A stretch of DNA of 31,836 nt, from the NCBI GenBank assembly GCA_024704765.1, contig JAKMXF010000079.1, positions 1 to 31,836 on the forward strand, given 5' to 3'. Below are positions 18,975-31,836 of this stretch, one piece after another. Origin of the DNA: Oopsacas minuta (taxonomy: Eukaryota > Animalia > Porifera). The notes below the pieces were generated by a model. It was not told the DNA's origin. It searched no databases and saw only the letters and a program-made list of their open reading frames with translations. Every line of letters begins with the position of its first letter. Position 1 is the stretch's first letter. A program made the position numbers and the translations under genes.

Positions 18975-20329
18975 TATTCGCAATTCTGAAATGGTCGAAT
19001 ACTTGTGTCCTTTAACTGTACATGCTATACTGTATGGAAAAGCCCGCGGTATTGATATTTTTGATGAAGTACAGAAAGTCTTATCAAAAGCTTCTTTACC
19101 GGTCACGAAACTGTCTCGAGTTACAACAGACGAGCGCAGTCCATGCTTGAAATAGGAAGTGGCTTAAGGGACAGTTGTCGCGGTAGTTAGCTGCTAATGG
19201 CCATGACGGGGTGATATGGTGCTACTGTATTATTCACCAGGAAGTTTTATGCGCAAAACACTTGTATTAACAACGTTAAGAAACTTATTGTTGATGCTGT
19301 GATTTTATCAGAGCTAAGGGAATCAACCATAGAGAATTCAAACATGTTTTAAAAGAGCTAGATTCAGAGTACGGTGATGTACTCCATTTCACTGCTGTTC
19401 GGTGGCTTAGTAGAGGAGCAGTTCTTAAGAGAGTGTGAATGTTACGCGATAAGATATCGTGCTTTATGGAGGAGAAGGGGAATAAGGTGCCTGAATTTCA
19501 AAATCGAGCTTGGCTCAGGGATGTAGCATTTTTGGTGGATATCACAACTCATCTAAACAGTTTAAATTCTGCTCTACAAGGTAAATGAAGCTTAATCATG
19601 AGCTTTTTGGCACCATATGTGCTTTTGAGGCGATGCTTAGTCTATGTATTTGAGGCGCAGCTCTCAAAAAACAACTTTTCACAATTTTCGGAGCTTCGAT
19701 CTATGGAAAATCCTGACGGAAAAGATATGCAAGGATGGTTTCAAACCTGATAGAAAAATTCAAAACTCGATTTGCTGATTTTAGAAGGGAGGGACAGAAA
19801 ATTATGTTCTTCACTCAGCCTTTCTGTTTTGATGTCCAGTGTGCTTCTGATGAAATTCAGCTGGAGCTTCTTGATCTACAAGCCATTACTAATTTGAAAG
19901 GAAAAGTTTAGGAAGGTAAAATTAGATGAGATATCCAAGAATCTCAGTATTTTAGACTTCTACAAAGTCCTACCAACTGATACATATCCATTTATTCTTG
20001 AACACGCAAGGAGGATGGCCAGCTTATTTGGGAGTACTTATACTTGTGAAGCCCTCTTCTGCAAAATGAAGTACACGAAGAATAGGTATCGTCAAATATG
20101 ACGGATGAACATCTACATGATGTATTGCGTATCGCATCAACTGAAATAGCACCTTGTATGGATACGCTTTTACATGGCACGAGACAATTTCACACATCAC
20201 AATAAAGTATGTATTTCAATTCATGTTATGGTAAACAATTTCATCAAGTCTTTCGAATTTTCATATACCTCGGGATTATGATCAAAAGTTACAAAGTAGC
20301 TCTCAAAGCAAAAAGTTTGAAGACCCCTG
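18975..20329 (+). mobile_element. 5'-truncated decayed Buster/SPIN-type hAT
   Basis: Broken motifs [31 protein letters not shown]; right TIR GTTTGAAGACCCCTG (20315-20329) followed by GTCTAAGG. Confidence 0.85.
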
Positions 20330-20443
20330 GTCTAAGGATATAAGTTGCTACGATGTCTGGACAAAATTCCCAACTTAGTTGATGATTCACATATACAAAC
20401 CATGATATGTTGGAAACGATGCAGATAAGGTGCTAGGACGTAT

Positions 20444-21068
20444 TGTCGAAAGATTTCTAGCCGAAAACATCTCGCCGAAAGGATTTCAAGCCGAAAATGT
20501 GATTAGATGTGTGTAACCAAAACAATCATATCGATACAAAAGGGGGGTGTATGGGTAAACAAACTATAATATTGATATCAAAAGGGGATGTGTATATGCA
20601 AAACATTGGATGATAGTTACGATCAAAACGAATCCGAGAAATAATGCCAATTCCCCTTCATTTATAGTCAGTATATATGCACTCATTCAACAGTAACTCT
20701 TCTCCTATAGCTAATGGTATCAAGCAGCCACATCCTCGAGAATTAACACTCAAAACAAACCATCCAACACTCCAGGAGGCCAAGATCAGATCATTAACTT
20801 GCCACGTCACGATCTTAACAAAACCAGGAAATAATGCCAAATTCTCTTCACTTATTTGTGAGTAAACTCAACTGACACCAATAATGTCGCTATTTTAAGA
20901 AATTCCAATTCAACATCATGCAACACTCATTCTATTGCTACTCTACATACTGAGCATGCACACTCGACTTTTTATATATGCAATACTGGTATATGTAAAT
21001 TTTGGGTATGATATCCTTTCGGCAAGATGTCTTCGGCTAGATGTCGTTCGGCAAGGTGGGCGGACACG
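20444..21068. mobile_element. MITE-like element with GCCGAA-repeat terminal regions
   Basis: 20444-20483 is an imperfect inverted repeat of 21014-21053, each containing three GCCGAA-like units. Confidence 0.55.
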
Positions 21069-21129
21069 GCAGAAAATCACTTCGTGGAGAAAAAATTTTA
21101 GAAGAAAGCGGTTACGCTGTTAATTTCAA

Positions 21130-21330
21130 CACTACAGTATATGAATGAAATAACAAATGCCCAAGAAAACCACAATTATGCACACAATAACACGTCTTTG
21201 GATAGAGCATACATTTGAAAGATGGAAACGCATATTTCAATGCGTTCATAGTGAAATTCGAATGGCTCATAAAATAGTCTGCACAATTATTGTTGCGCAA
21301 ACTATTTTCACAACATGGCAATAATTTTGT
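21130..21330 (+). pseudogene. PIF/Harbinger (HARBI1-like) transposase C-terminal fragment
   Basis: NAQENHNYAHN / TRLWIEHTFERWKRIFQCVHSEIR...CTIIVA fits YN.AH..TR..IE..FG.WK.RF. Confidence 0.6.
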
Positions 21331-22229
21331 AGCAACAATGAAGGATGATCCGAGGTGGATATAGAGAGTACAGATAATCCGTTAGCATCCGAAAAATTAC
21401 ACACTTGGCCGCTAAACTCACTCGATATCAATTTAACAAAATATATGTGAGTGTTATGTTAAGCATACTAATGTTAAATCTGGAATATATTAATAATAAA
21501 TGAGTAATTTAGTGAATAAATTAGTCAAAGAAAATTATTGTCAGATATATAAAAGGAATGGATAGAATTCGTGAGATAGAGTGATCGTTTTCAGATTCGG
21601 AAAAATTTGATTAGTGTAATATAATGGGAAACACCATTAGCCCTATCTCTTTACTTGGGTTTCTAAAGATGAAAGATGAATTTCTATTGCCCATATGAAT
21701 AATTATTGTCTTCAAGAAAGTATAGTGTATTCATGGCCAATGAAGGACAAACAGACAACAATTAAGATTCATATTGATAAAAACAATTAGAATCAATCTA
21801 TGTTATTATATTGAAATAGCTAAAGGTGCAAACTGGCAAACAACATGAAGTGTAATTAACTGTTACTTTTCATAATCAGTATAGTGAATTATCGAGAGAC
21901 AATGTAGGCGCAACAAAAAGGATTAAAATACATGAATCTATATTAATTAATATTTATCGTTAAATTAAGTTAGAATAAATATTTAACACACCTAAGTACA
22001 ATACTCAATTAAAAATATCTGTAATTTGAATAAGTTTGTATGAATATTCGGTATCCTGTATTGCTTTAAATAAGAGCCCAGGAGCTTATTGTTTTCGTGA
22101 CCAGAATATGCCGTGAAGAATTGCAGAATATATTAGTAATAATTTTTGCAATAATGTATGAAACATTACGGAGTTCGATAGAAAAATAGGAAATACCTAA
22201 ATCAATGCATATGTACTTAAATATTTCAC

Positions 22230-22420
22230 TGTTTGGGGTTGAAAATAACTGTCTTACCTAGGAGCTCATTGAAAAGATTAATGTTGTATATGGCAAAACA
22301 GGGGAGCAAAAGATAATGGCAAAATGGAACAACTTGACGTGGTTGCGAAATCGAAAGGAATGGTTGAAGCATAAGTGTAGAAAAACTGATCAGGGAAATA
22401 ATCTTGCAGAGTCTCTCCCA
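22230..22420 (+). pseudogene. Possible 3' fragment of an RTE-like LINE
   Basis: Broken L.YGK..G...LTWLRNRKEW resembles RTE ORF C-termini. Weak. Confidence 0.3.
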
Positions 22421-22608
22421 CAGCAACAATTCATACAAGAGAATATCTTCTAGGAATTATTCTTCCCCCAGGGCTTAGAGGTGGAGCGTGAACAAGGGCA
22501 CCAAGACGTGAGGATGGCTATCCATTCCAAGGGGACTCCTGATCTCTGTATAATCAGTGGCGGCGTTAGGGGGCGAGAATCCGTAAACTAATCACTCGAA
22601 AACCAGAT

Positions 22609-22665
22609 TGACGAATTGTAATGTCACTAATTGTAGGTCACGAATTGTAAGTCACGAGTTGTAAG
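22609..22665. repeat. 14-bp tandem array (GTCACGAATTGTAA), left half; resumes at 28739-28771
   Basis: About 4 units on the left and about 2.5 on the right of the insertion, in register. Confidence 0.85.
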
Positions 22666-25600
22666 CACAGTGGTACGAAATGGTTAAAACTTGGAAGTGG
22701 GTATTATTGTACTAGATAACGTATTAAACTATATTATTACATATGGGGAATCAAACCCAAGGGATCGATTGACGTGACTAGATTGTTTCTAAGTCTTAGG
22801 GTGTACAAGTAATGGCGTCATTATCACAGTAAAAATTATTTGGATGTTTTTTATCGATCATAATTAAGCCAATTTGTGAGCGATATGTTCAGAAATTGAA
22901 TGTTCTATGTTTTGATATTATTAACACTATCTAAGATACATTTTAATCAATTTATGTTACAACATTTCTTGTTGAAAATAACCTACCGTTCATTGATCTA
23001 CAAATTATAACGTAGTTATACTTAGTGAATTCACCAAAATATCTTGACAGCTCTTTAACTCAGATAGATCTGGCTCCGGATCGTTCTTGGTAATATTACG
23101 AAAGGATGCTAAAATTGGATCACTTTGAGAGATAAGCCTGACGAACACGTCTTTAACGTTGTCCTCAAAGTTAAATTTTCTTGAGAGTCTCTCACGGTAT
23201 CGCCTGAACAATTTACTACAAGATTCAAGGCCTTCTTCAGACAATTCTTCTAAGCCAAACCCATCATTATGATCTGCAAATATTTGTGGTGCATGGACTA
23301 GAAGTTTATGTAAAGTAGGAGTTACATGTGCCCATGAAAAATTGTTAAAATGGATTCGTAAGTCTCTCGGCATAAATTATCAAGGCCTTCAGTGTCTCCT
23401 TTCCTGTTGCTATTATACAATCCCAGGATAGCACTCAAATTATCAAAGATTGTAGTGACAACTTGATGTGTCTCTCGAGGAACAACCGTCAATATCCAAT
23501 AGAAAAATCTTGCACAGCATCATCGTTATGTGTGAAGCATCTCCGAACAACAAATCCGGTTGTGGTGGCTCCACCTTGGGCTGATGGTGTGTCAATGGAT
23601 ATATGAAGTTGTTCTTCAATGAGGCTAGTGCTAAATTTCTTGCCCCCAACAATTTTTGCCAAAGTTGGTGATTATTGGTGAATAGCACCACACTGTAAAT
23701 GACAAATCAATAATAGGAACCAACTAAATGTTCTCAAATATGTATGTAGAGGAGAAGCTGATATGAGATCTTTTCGTGAGATCGGTTTGACTGTTAAATT
23801 GAATCTTTGAATTGTTGGCAAAGATAAAATTTCTTCTTCATCAACCTCGCCAAATACATCACGTGCATCATGGATTGTTCTATTTAAGGGGATTGCCATT
23901 TTGAACTATGTAATATCGTGTATCTGTTTAAACGTTGCAGTATACATTTGGAAGTTAGCACCACCAGCACCGCTTAGGTTCTTTGGCATCTTAGTATCGA
24001 AATGAGATCTTATGATCTTGACCTCTACATTGCCATTGGGTAAACGCAAACCACTCTCTTCAATTGTTGAAGTTTCGTTATTCATTGATTAGTCAATCAA
24101 AAACTTGACATTTTCTTCATTTTCCTGAAGGGCTAATGGGGCAACTGGTTGAGTGCAAAATGGTGAATTCGGATGATGAGGTTTCCATAGGATATGATCA
24201 TTTGCATTTGTGATTACGTTAACCTTGAAACCAAATAAAATGAAGGTTTTAGTCGAGAGGTCAGGGTTAGATATAGTTTGCTGGTAAACTCGATGACACC
24301 CAGATCCATCTAAGCCATCGGATACTCGAACTTTCAGCGGATAGACAAGGGTATCAGGACTTAAGTTAAATACAATTCGTTCAACTGTATGGGTGAGTAG
24401 TCTGGTGTAAGAAATACCTACTCCACATGGAAATTCTCTACAAATTATACGCACCTCATCCAGCAAATTAATTTGAGCCCGATGTTTAGCTACACTATTG
24501 TAGACTGGTAACTTGAGATCTTCAGATAGTAACGTACGCCGAAGTTCTAAATACTTTGTTTACAGATCTCAAGGGAATGGAAAAGAAAGGCAGATTTATC
24601 AAGGATAATTGTGGATAGATAGGAAATAAGTCGCAAGAGTCTTGGAGATACATGCTCGTTTTCAGCGACTGATTCGAGGTGAGACTTAAGAGAAGAGAGC
24701 CGATTTCTCAAACCTTTGGTCGTTAAGTCAGCGAACGATTTCTTTTTTGAAAGATTGAAGTTTCTTCAAAGTTAATGGTTAATGAAGAAGAGGCACTTAA
24801 CCTAGGCTTCTTTGGCAGAGGACAGAAGCACATGGAATTCCAAGTATCAAGGTCCGAAAATTTATGAATAGAGGCTCTCTCTTTATGAATATCATTCAAC
24901 TTCAGACGAAAGAAATTCTGCTGATCTCGATCAAAACCATGAAGTGAAATAAATTGGTCGGCGATTGAACGGGTGCCAAGTAATTTATGCTCACAATAAA
25001 ACTGAAAAGCTTGAAGGTTGTACGTTTTCTAGATGATTAATAAATTAATTATTAATAATATTGTAAATACAGGGCAAAAGTAAGATTATATATATGCATG
25101 TTGTTTTATATGCTTATAAAATACATTCTGAAATCTAAGAACTAAGGAACTTTTGACGAAACTTTTTCTCACAGTAGTAGAGTGTTGATTTTTAATGGAA
25201 TCTTTGTAAAAATACGTAATGAGAACATTTATTTATATTAATTACAAGCTGAATTTTGTAAACACAAGCATAAAAATGTAAATAACTTTACGTTTTGATT
25301 ATATCGCTAAGCAACCATAATATTTAAATAAATTTTGAAAAGAGAATTTTTTAAAATATTGAATAAATTCAAAAAGTTGATATGATTGAAACTATATTTG
25401 TGCGAATTTTCGGGCACCTGGAAATTGTTGTATTTTATTGAGAATTAAAAATGCTATGTTATAAAACTCAGGAGACAACTTGACAGAACGCGACAGATGA
25501 AGTCATGAGACTTCGAATTTGAGTGACGACAGAAATATCCAACAGAAAATTTATCAAATTATTTGAGCTATTTTAAGGATTTATTATTTGAACTCCGCTT

Positions 25601-25906
25601 ATATAATCACTATAATAAGAGAGTAGTCGAAAATGCAATGGAATGAAGTCTTTGGAATGTATTAGTTGCTTAGATACTGGAATTTAAGTTCATTTATATA
25701 AATGAATATCTGTGGTTTTCAAGAATAATTTCTGAGCAAGAAATTGTAATGCTTATATACATTCCAGTTGCTCCTAAGCTAAATGATGGTTCATAACAAT
25801 TTTAGACATTTCAAGTAATTGGATATTTCTCTTTCCAATGAACTTTAAATGGTTACTAAATATCGGATTGAAATTTTGACCAATTTCCAGGGGGTGTACC
25901 ACTGTG
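22666..25906 (-). mobile_element. RAG1/Transib-like DNA transposon, 3241 bp
   Basis: Both ends begin CACAGTGGTAC (11-bp exact inverted match including the RSS heptamer CACAGTG) and enclose a RAG1-like transposase. Confidence 0.9.
23005..25000 (-). pseudogene. RAG1-like/Transib transposase pseudogene
   Basis: In order: KKSFADLTTKGLRNRLSSLKSHL (NBD-like), GLDGSG (D, 24308-10), PNSPFCTQP, HFDTKM (D, 23996-98), SPLH, GGATTTG, LHKLLVH (ZnH2), SEEGLES..KLFRRYR (E, 23224-26), QSDP. At least 3 in-frame stops and several frameshifts; the ZnC2 cysteines are lost (FQMY). Confidence 0.9.
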
Positions 25907-26184
25907 CAGACTGCATTTATAATTCTAATCATACATAGTGTAACACAATTTGAAAGATTGCGTTATTGATCAACCATACTCAGGTAATTACTCACTACCT
26001 TGGCCCCAAATGAAATTTTTGTTCACATCTTAATTATCACTGACACTTAGGCTGTGGATTATTATTAATAATTTTATACCACCTATATCTATACCTTTCT
26101 GACTTTAGGTTAATCTAATTCATCTTGAGATTCTAGACTCATTTTTGACTTAATTATTTCATATATGTATTAGCATATTGTCTA

Positions 26185-28260
26185 ATGGCAGATGAAACTC
26201 TCTTCTCGAATGATGATAACGATTCACCTATAAATTCTACTCCTCTTTCCTTGGTTGAATCAAATTCCGATAATTTTGGCATAACTTTAAAACAAGTTGA
26301 TGTGGATACTATTTCGCTAGATTCGGATTTCATCCTAAGTGATGCTCTAACTAATAAGCACAAATCTAGACCAGCTTGGTATGATAGGTTTTTTAAACCT
26401 GTGAACGATCAAACCATGCGCAAGCATAGATGTGTCGAAAGTGGCTGGATAGGTATGGCTCTACCTAATTCCTCACACAATCTCAAACGTCACTTTGAAA
26501 GTCTCACAAAATACAAAACATGTAGAGATCGATATTTGACGTGGATAAAAGAACGAGGACTCTTACAACTTGCACTAAAGGCAGTCATTAAGGGAGAGAC
26601 AAAGAAAAAATGTCATCTGAATCCCAGAAGAAAATTGATAAATTGTTAGCAGAGTTTATCATAGCTTCCGAAGTGCCACTTAGACTAGTTGAACTTCGGG
26701 AATTTCGAAATTTGCTTAACGAGTTGAATGCACGATACAAGGTGCCTTATAGACGCAAATTAAAAGATTCCCTCTTGACATCGATGTTCAAAGATAGTAA
26801 AGATGAATTATCTAGTCAATTTGACAAATGTCAATATGCTTCACTAACTATTGATGGGTGGTCAAGTAGACGACAACTAAGTATGTTAAGATTAGTTGTA
26901 AATTTCATTAATCAAAATGGAATGATGAGGAGCGAACTCTTCACTATCACGTTATTTAAAGGAAAACATACGGGGGGAACGGATCGCAGAGTTTACTCAA
27001 CACGCTGCAAAAGAATGGAATTTAAAACATAAGATTGTCCGCGTTGGATCCGATAACGCTGCTAATATGAAAAAAGCTTTCGATGGCGTTTTAGAAATTG
27101 AACATGAACTTGTAGAAATTGATATTGATGAAGGTGAGGATGAACTAGAACCAATTAATGAAATGATATTGAGTGACGCCCGAATCAGTATTTTTGAGTA
27201 TCCTTCAGATACGAATCTTAACTCTTTAACCTTAAAGCTTCGTGCAGCAGGTTTATTGCCCCTTTGGGGTAGATGTGTTTGTCATCTAATACAACTATCT
27301 GTGCATGACTTCATCCATAAACAATTAAGATCACACGGAAGTGTAAAAAAATTCATCATCCAGGCAACTCAGTTTGTAAATTGCTCACGAAAATCGATTC
27401 TATGCGGATAAATATTCCTGAAATACAAATTTACTCTGGACACCATGAATCAAACACGATAGAATTCAATGTATAAGATGCTCAAAAGCCTCTTAGATGC
27501 AGAAACCAAGGGATGTCTTAAATTTCTTCCATTCTTAAAGTATCCAATTCCTAAGAATTATGAATTAGCTATACTAAGAGAGGTAGTTGATGTACTAGAG
27601 CCGATCCATTTATTCACTCTTGAATTTGAATCAAGTTTGGAAACTAGTAGCATGGTAATCCCAGGATTAGAAGCATTATATGATCATTTTAATTCAATTG
27701 ATTCGGACCACGATAGTATGTCTCAGATAATGTTACGCTTAGTCCAAGAACAATTTCAGTACTAGGTCAGGATCACTTCATGATCATAGCCAACTGTGTT
27801 GATCCAAGATTCGCAACTAAGGCGCTATTCAAACAGAGCTCGTTGGAAATTTTGAAAAAGGTGATGAATATTATTAAACACCATGAACGGCAGTTATATC
27901 CGCTTACTTATTCTGTGAAACAAAAGCCTCCTTTAAAGAGAAAAGGTCTCTTTAATAATCTACCAAATTCTGAAGCAGTTGGGGCCTCGGATATAGCTAT
28001 AGAAGTTATTGAAAATGAACTGTTTTTTTATCTTTAAATCGGAAGCACGTTTGCTAAATCAAAAAATCGAAACTGACCCAATCAATTGGTGGCGGAGGAA
28101 TCAGAATAGAATGCCATTTTATTCCGAATTGCTGAAATTTATTCATTACCAACCCCATCAATTGCTGAAAATGAGCGAGTCTTCAGTATTGCAGGACGGA
28201 TTTGTCGACCTCATCGAGTTACTTTAGAATATCTACTCTTGAGATGCTTGTTACCCTAAA
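26185..28260 (+). pseudogene. Ac-type hAT transposase pseudogene
   Basis: BED-like WYDRFF..C...SSHNLKRH, VPLRLVE..F, LTIDGWSS, SDNAANM, RCVCHLIQL, TR*NSM, VDPRF, DPINWW, ENERVFSIAG spread over several frames. Confidence 0.85.
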
Positions 28261-28291
28261 GCATAGGTTACAACGTCAGAAGAGTGCGATG

Positions 28292-28327
28292 ACTAATACT
28301 ACTAATACTACTAATACTACTGATACT
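28292..28327. repeat. 9-bp tandem repeat (ACTAATACT)x4
   Basis: Four units, the last with one substitution. Confidence 0.85.
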
Positions 28328-28477
28328 TCACCTATTTACTGGATTTATGAGTGGATTATATTGAATCTTAGTTTATATTTCTCTCTAATTATAATCTATT
28401 TTACTAATAAAAATCACTTTCAGTCATATTACTGGGGTTGGGAGTCGGGACTTTGACTGGTTTGATACGTATTACAT

Positions 28478-28731
28478 CACGGATGTATCAACTAATTTTG
28501 AGTTGGCAAAACCAACTCATTTTATTGAATGAGTTGAAAGAGTTGAAATGAGTTGAATGAGTTAAATGAGTTGAAATGAGTTGGTTACATAAGCTAGATG
28601 GATTGAATGAATTGAATGAGTTGGTTACATCCAAATGAACGAGTTGAATGAGTTGGTGCAATAAAAATGAATGAGTTGGTAGAAAAAAATGAGCTGATTT
28701 TGCCAACTCAAAATGAGTTGATACAGCCCTG
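28478..28731. mobile_element. 254-bp hAT-like MITE
   Basis: About 48-bp imperfect TIRs (CA.GG.TGTATCAACT.ATTTTGAGTTGGCAAAA) and internal AATGAGTTG repeats; no matching TSD. Confidence 0.8.
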
Positions 28732-29009
28732 CACTGTGGTAAGTCACGAATTGTAATGTCACAAATTGTATGTATTCCAAATATTAGAAATATGAAACTA
28801 TATAAATAGGCAACACTTTCAGATTAAAATATAATCATTTGTAAAATTAATCATCCTTGTTAACTATTCATTAGTCAGTGCTCTTTTCTCCCTATCACAA
28901 ATATTCATGTGTAAGAGTTAGGACCCACTCACAGCTTCTTTTCCAAGAAACTTCGTGTGGCTACAGGCTCAAGTAATGCAATCAACTATGTTCAGGTTGC
29001 TATGGTAGG

Positions 29010-29900
29010 CTCAAATAGTGTGCCCAATGACATATTGAAGACAGCCAGAGAGGAGCCTACGCAAGTGGAGCTAGCTTAAGTACCTATTAGACACGAACGA
29101 GCGCAGGTTTCAGAAAGAATGGTTTAACGATTCGGTGTGGCTCGATTTTTCTCAAACACGTGACTCTGTGTTCTGTTATGTTTGCAGACATTTTGGCCTG
29201 GCAATGTGAGCTCAGTGTGGTGGACAACGGGGGTTCAGCAATTGGAAGAAGGCCGTTGAGAAGTTTTCCGAGCACAACTATTCGGAGACGCATAAGCACG
29301 CAGTGGCGGCCTGGATGCAGTGGAAACTGGGCGACACGAGGTATGCCACAGCTATGCTGAGTGACCAGAATGGAACATATAAAAGGAAACCGTCATACAT
29401 CGAACCAGTTGTGGACGTCGTATCGTTATGCTGTGAGTGGACTATCGCTCTCCGAGGGCATCGTAAGTCTGACGAGGAGCCCTCTCACATCAACAACGAA
29501 AATTTCTTCGTGATCCAAGATCTAGTAGTTCGGATGACCCTATTGTTGCTAGGAGGTTGCAGGAGGGAACACAAAAGTGAAATATACGCACCACAGCATC
29601 CAGGACAATGTTATCCATGCTGCTGCCGAGTAATCAGGTAGCAGAAAGCTGCTGAAATGAAATGAAATTATTACGCCATCATAGTTGATGAGTCTCGTGA
29701 TTCTGGCCACAAGGGGTAGATATCACTTGTGTTGAGATACGTTGTGCAGGAGGATGGGATCCACGGGAAGAACTTCATCAGAGAATCCTTTCTTGGTTTT
29801 GCAGCTTGTGGGAGTCTCTCCGCTGCTGGTTTGCGAGAAACTCTGCTAACAAGTCTTCGTGATAGTAAAATTGATCCTCTAGGTTGCGTCGATAAATTTT
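29010..29900 (+). pseudogene. Tip100/ZMYM1-type hAT transposase fragment
   Basis: TTF zinc finger WFNDSVWLDFSQ..FCYVC..GFSNWKK..H, ALRGH, AIIVDESRD, LRYV..ESFLGF; stops and frameshifts; 3' truncated. Confidence 0.85.
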
Positions 29901-31836
29901 CAGGTTGCAGCTTTTACCATTAGCATTTATTACCATATGTGATTTATGGCTTCCAAATTTAATTACTTATTATAATATCTACTGAAATAAAGGGCCTATA
30001 TCAATACACATCATTACTTAACGATATTTCAATATATGATCTCATCAATTTTACACTAATTAACTTACTGATGCAAGTTCGAAATCAACAATCAAGGACT
30101 GATTTGATCTATTTGGTGGAGGCAGAGCGTCGATTGCACATGACCTTAGGAAAGTGTCACGATCATTATGACTACCTCGAATAATGTCACTCATATTTCA
30201 AAAATACTCTGTGAAGATACCTATGTAGTAATGTATGATTAAACAACTACAAAAACTTATCATCGGTAGCTGTTCATGGTATTCAAAGGAAGCTCATTGA
30301 TTTTTGGGGAATGTGTTTTCTTGCCCTGGTCCCGATTGATTTTAGGAGCATCCAAAGGTCTGCAGAACAACCCCCTAATCACTCCAGTAATATATAGTAT
30401 GTGTAATTAGTAGAGTATTTTTGAGCTATCTAGCTACGAGTAAACTCTGTAACCGCTTTAAAATATATACGTGATGTAGGGCAAAAAGTGGTTATGATAA
30501 TATATTCTTTTAACTCAAAATATGACCCGTTTTTCCGAACTTATTGAATGACCCAAGTATATTCATTCTACAAATGCAACTAACATATTGATCAGAGTTG
30601 GACATATCATTTGCTAATATAGACAGCTTCTTCAGTTAATCTAAAGAAATCTTACTTTCTAATATTCCATTTTTGACTGTTATTTTTATTTGTAATTTTT
30701 AATTGTATTTTTTACAACACCTACTGAAATGTCTTTTTTGCAAATTGTGCAGTTTTGGAAGCTAGTGAGGCTCATGGGTGGCGTAAAGTGGAGCAACTGT
30801 ATCACCCTGAAATTGTCTTGCTTCATCTAGTGCCAGAGGGAAGAAGTATTGGAAATTCAAGAAACCTTTTAGCATTCTAATGATACATGACATAGATCAA
30901 AATCATTGAACATGCACTCAATATGTTTACGAGCGCGCATTGCTTACATGGTCAATCACAACGTTAGACATTTCCACTATTTCGCGGTGACATCTCCACT
31001 ATGACCGCTTCACGGCGAAACCTCAAATATGACCGCTTCGCGGTGACTCTAAACTAAGTACTTCGTGCTTTTTCGAATGAATCGAGAATACATTTTTTAG
31101 CTTATAATTAAATCAATTCGCTGCTTTCAATTACTTTACTGTTCCAAAATCCTAAAACGAATACATTCATGAAATTCACATAACAATTTTTCCTCTATTA
31201 CAAACATGCAAATCGCTCATCTTAATCTTTCTCATCATTAATAGATACTTCCTTAAGTTTCATTGAATAGCCCCCACCTCCGATGTCACTTCTCCATTTG
31301 ACATAGCTAGATTAGTAAAAAACGTTAATAATTAATATTTTTAGAAGTAGTTTATCTGAACCGCAAAAGAATCGACTATCATTCAGTAATGCAAATTCAG
31401 TGCCTCAATGTTGTTCTATAATTGAAGGAGCAGTGCACTTGGGATGCACTCTCTACCCTTCTTCGCACGTGCACAGTGGGCTTTTTGCTGGAAATAGCAT
31501 GAAACTTTACGCCCTCAGAATTGTATTTCTTTACTATCATTGAATTCATAATCGTTTCAAACCTAGAAATTAGTAATTTCATTCTGATTCAACAAGTAAA
31601 TTGGTTGTTATGGTGATGAATATTTCCGGCTTCTTGTAATTGGAATTTCTGTTGTGTGGTATATCAAAATCGATCAAGTTTCATAGTTATATTTTTAGCA
31701 CTTGTAACTAAGAAGAAAGAATTCCTTTACAATAATGAAACATTTATATTTCAAGTATCTTATTTACATCTTAAAATGTCGTTTGGTTTCTAACTTTCTA
31801 TTCTAAAACTAGATAAAACGCGATGACTATTTAGGA

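Noticed and set aside
25907-28731. RAG2-like gene in the cargo of the RAG-like element
   Set aside because: The ORFs carry hAT motifs, not kelch or PHD, and are divergent rather than convergent to the RAG1-like gene.
30950-31060. ATGACCGCTTC(A/G)CGG(C/T)GA repeats as a regulatory array
   Set aside because: Only 2-3 imperfect units; more likely a subterminal repeat of an unidentified TE, and no partner end was found.

Overview
AT-rich eukaryotic (invertebrate-like) DNA made almost entirely of transposable elements and their relics. I found no confident host gene, rRNA, tRNA or CRISPR array. Three structures stand out. (1) At 5.0-6.5 kb, a minus-strand unit with a TATA box, a 5' intron and a coiled-coil ORF is followed by its own inverted paralogue, and most of the spacer between the two arms looks like a canonical 50-nt intron. 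This resembles a natural intron-spliced hairpin-RNA gene. (2) Directly upstream on the same strand (6.65-11.3 kb) is an unusually long, multi-ORF Penelope-like retroelement with RT and an atypical GIY-YIG domain. (3) At 22.67-28.74 kb, a decayed RAG1/Transib-like transposon has CACAGTG ends and asymmetric bipartite TIRs, and appears to have moved as a 6.07-kb composite carrying a hAT relic (5-bp TSD GTAAG). Also present: a near-intact Buster/SPIN-type hAT, a DD37E Tc1/mariner, and relics of hAT, Transib, Harbinger, PLE, LINE and MITE elements. Family calls come from motifs read by eye and remembered consensus; no database search or folding computation was run.
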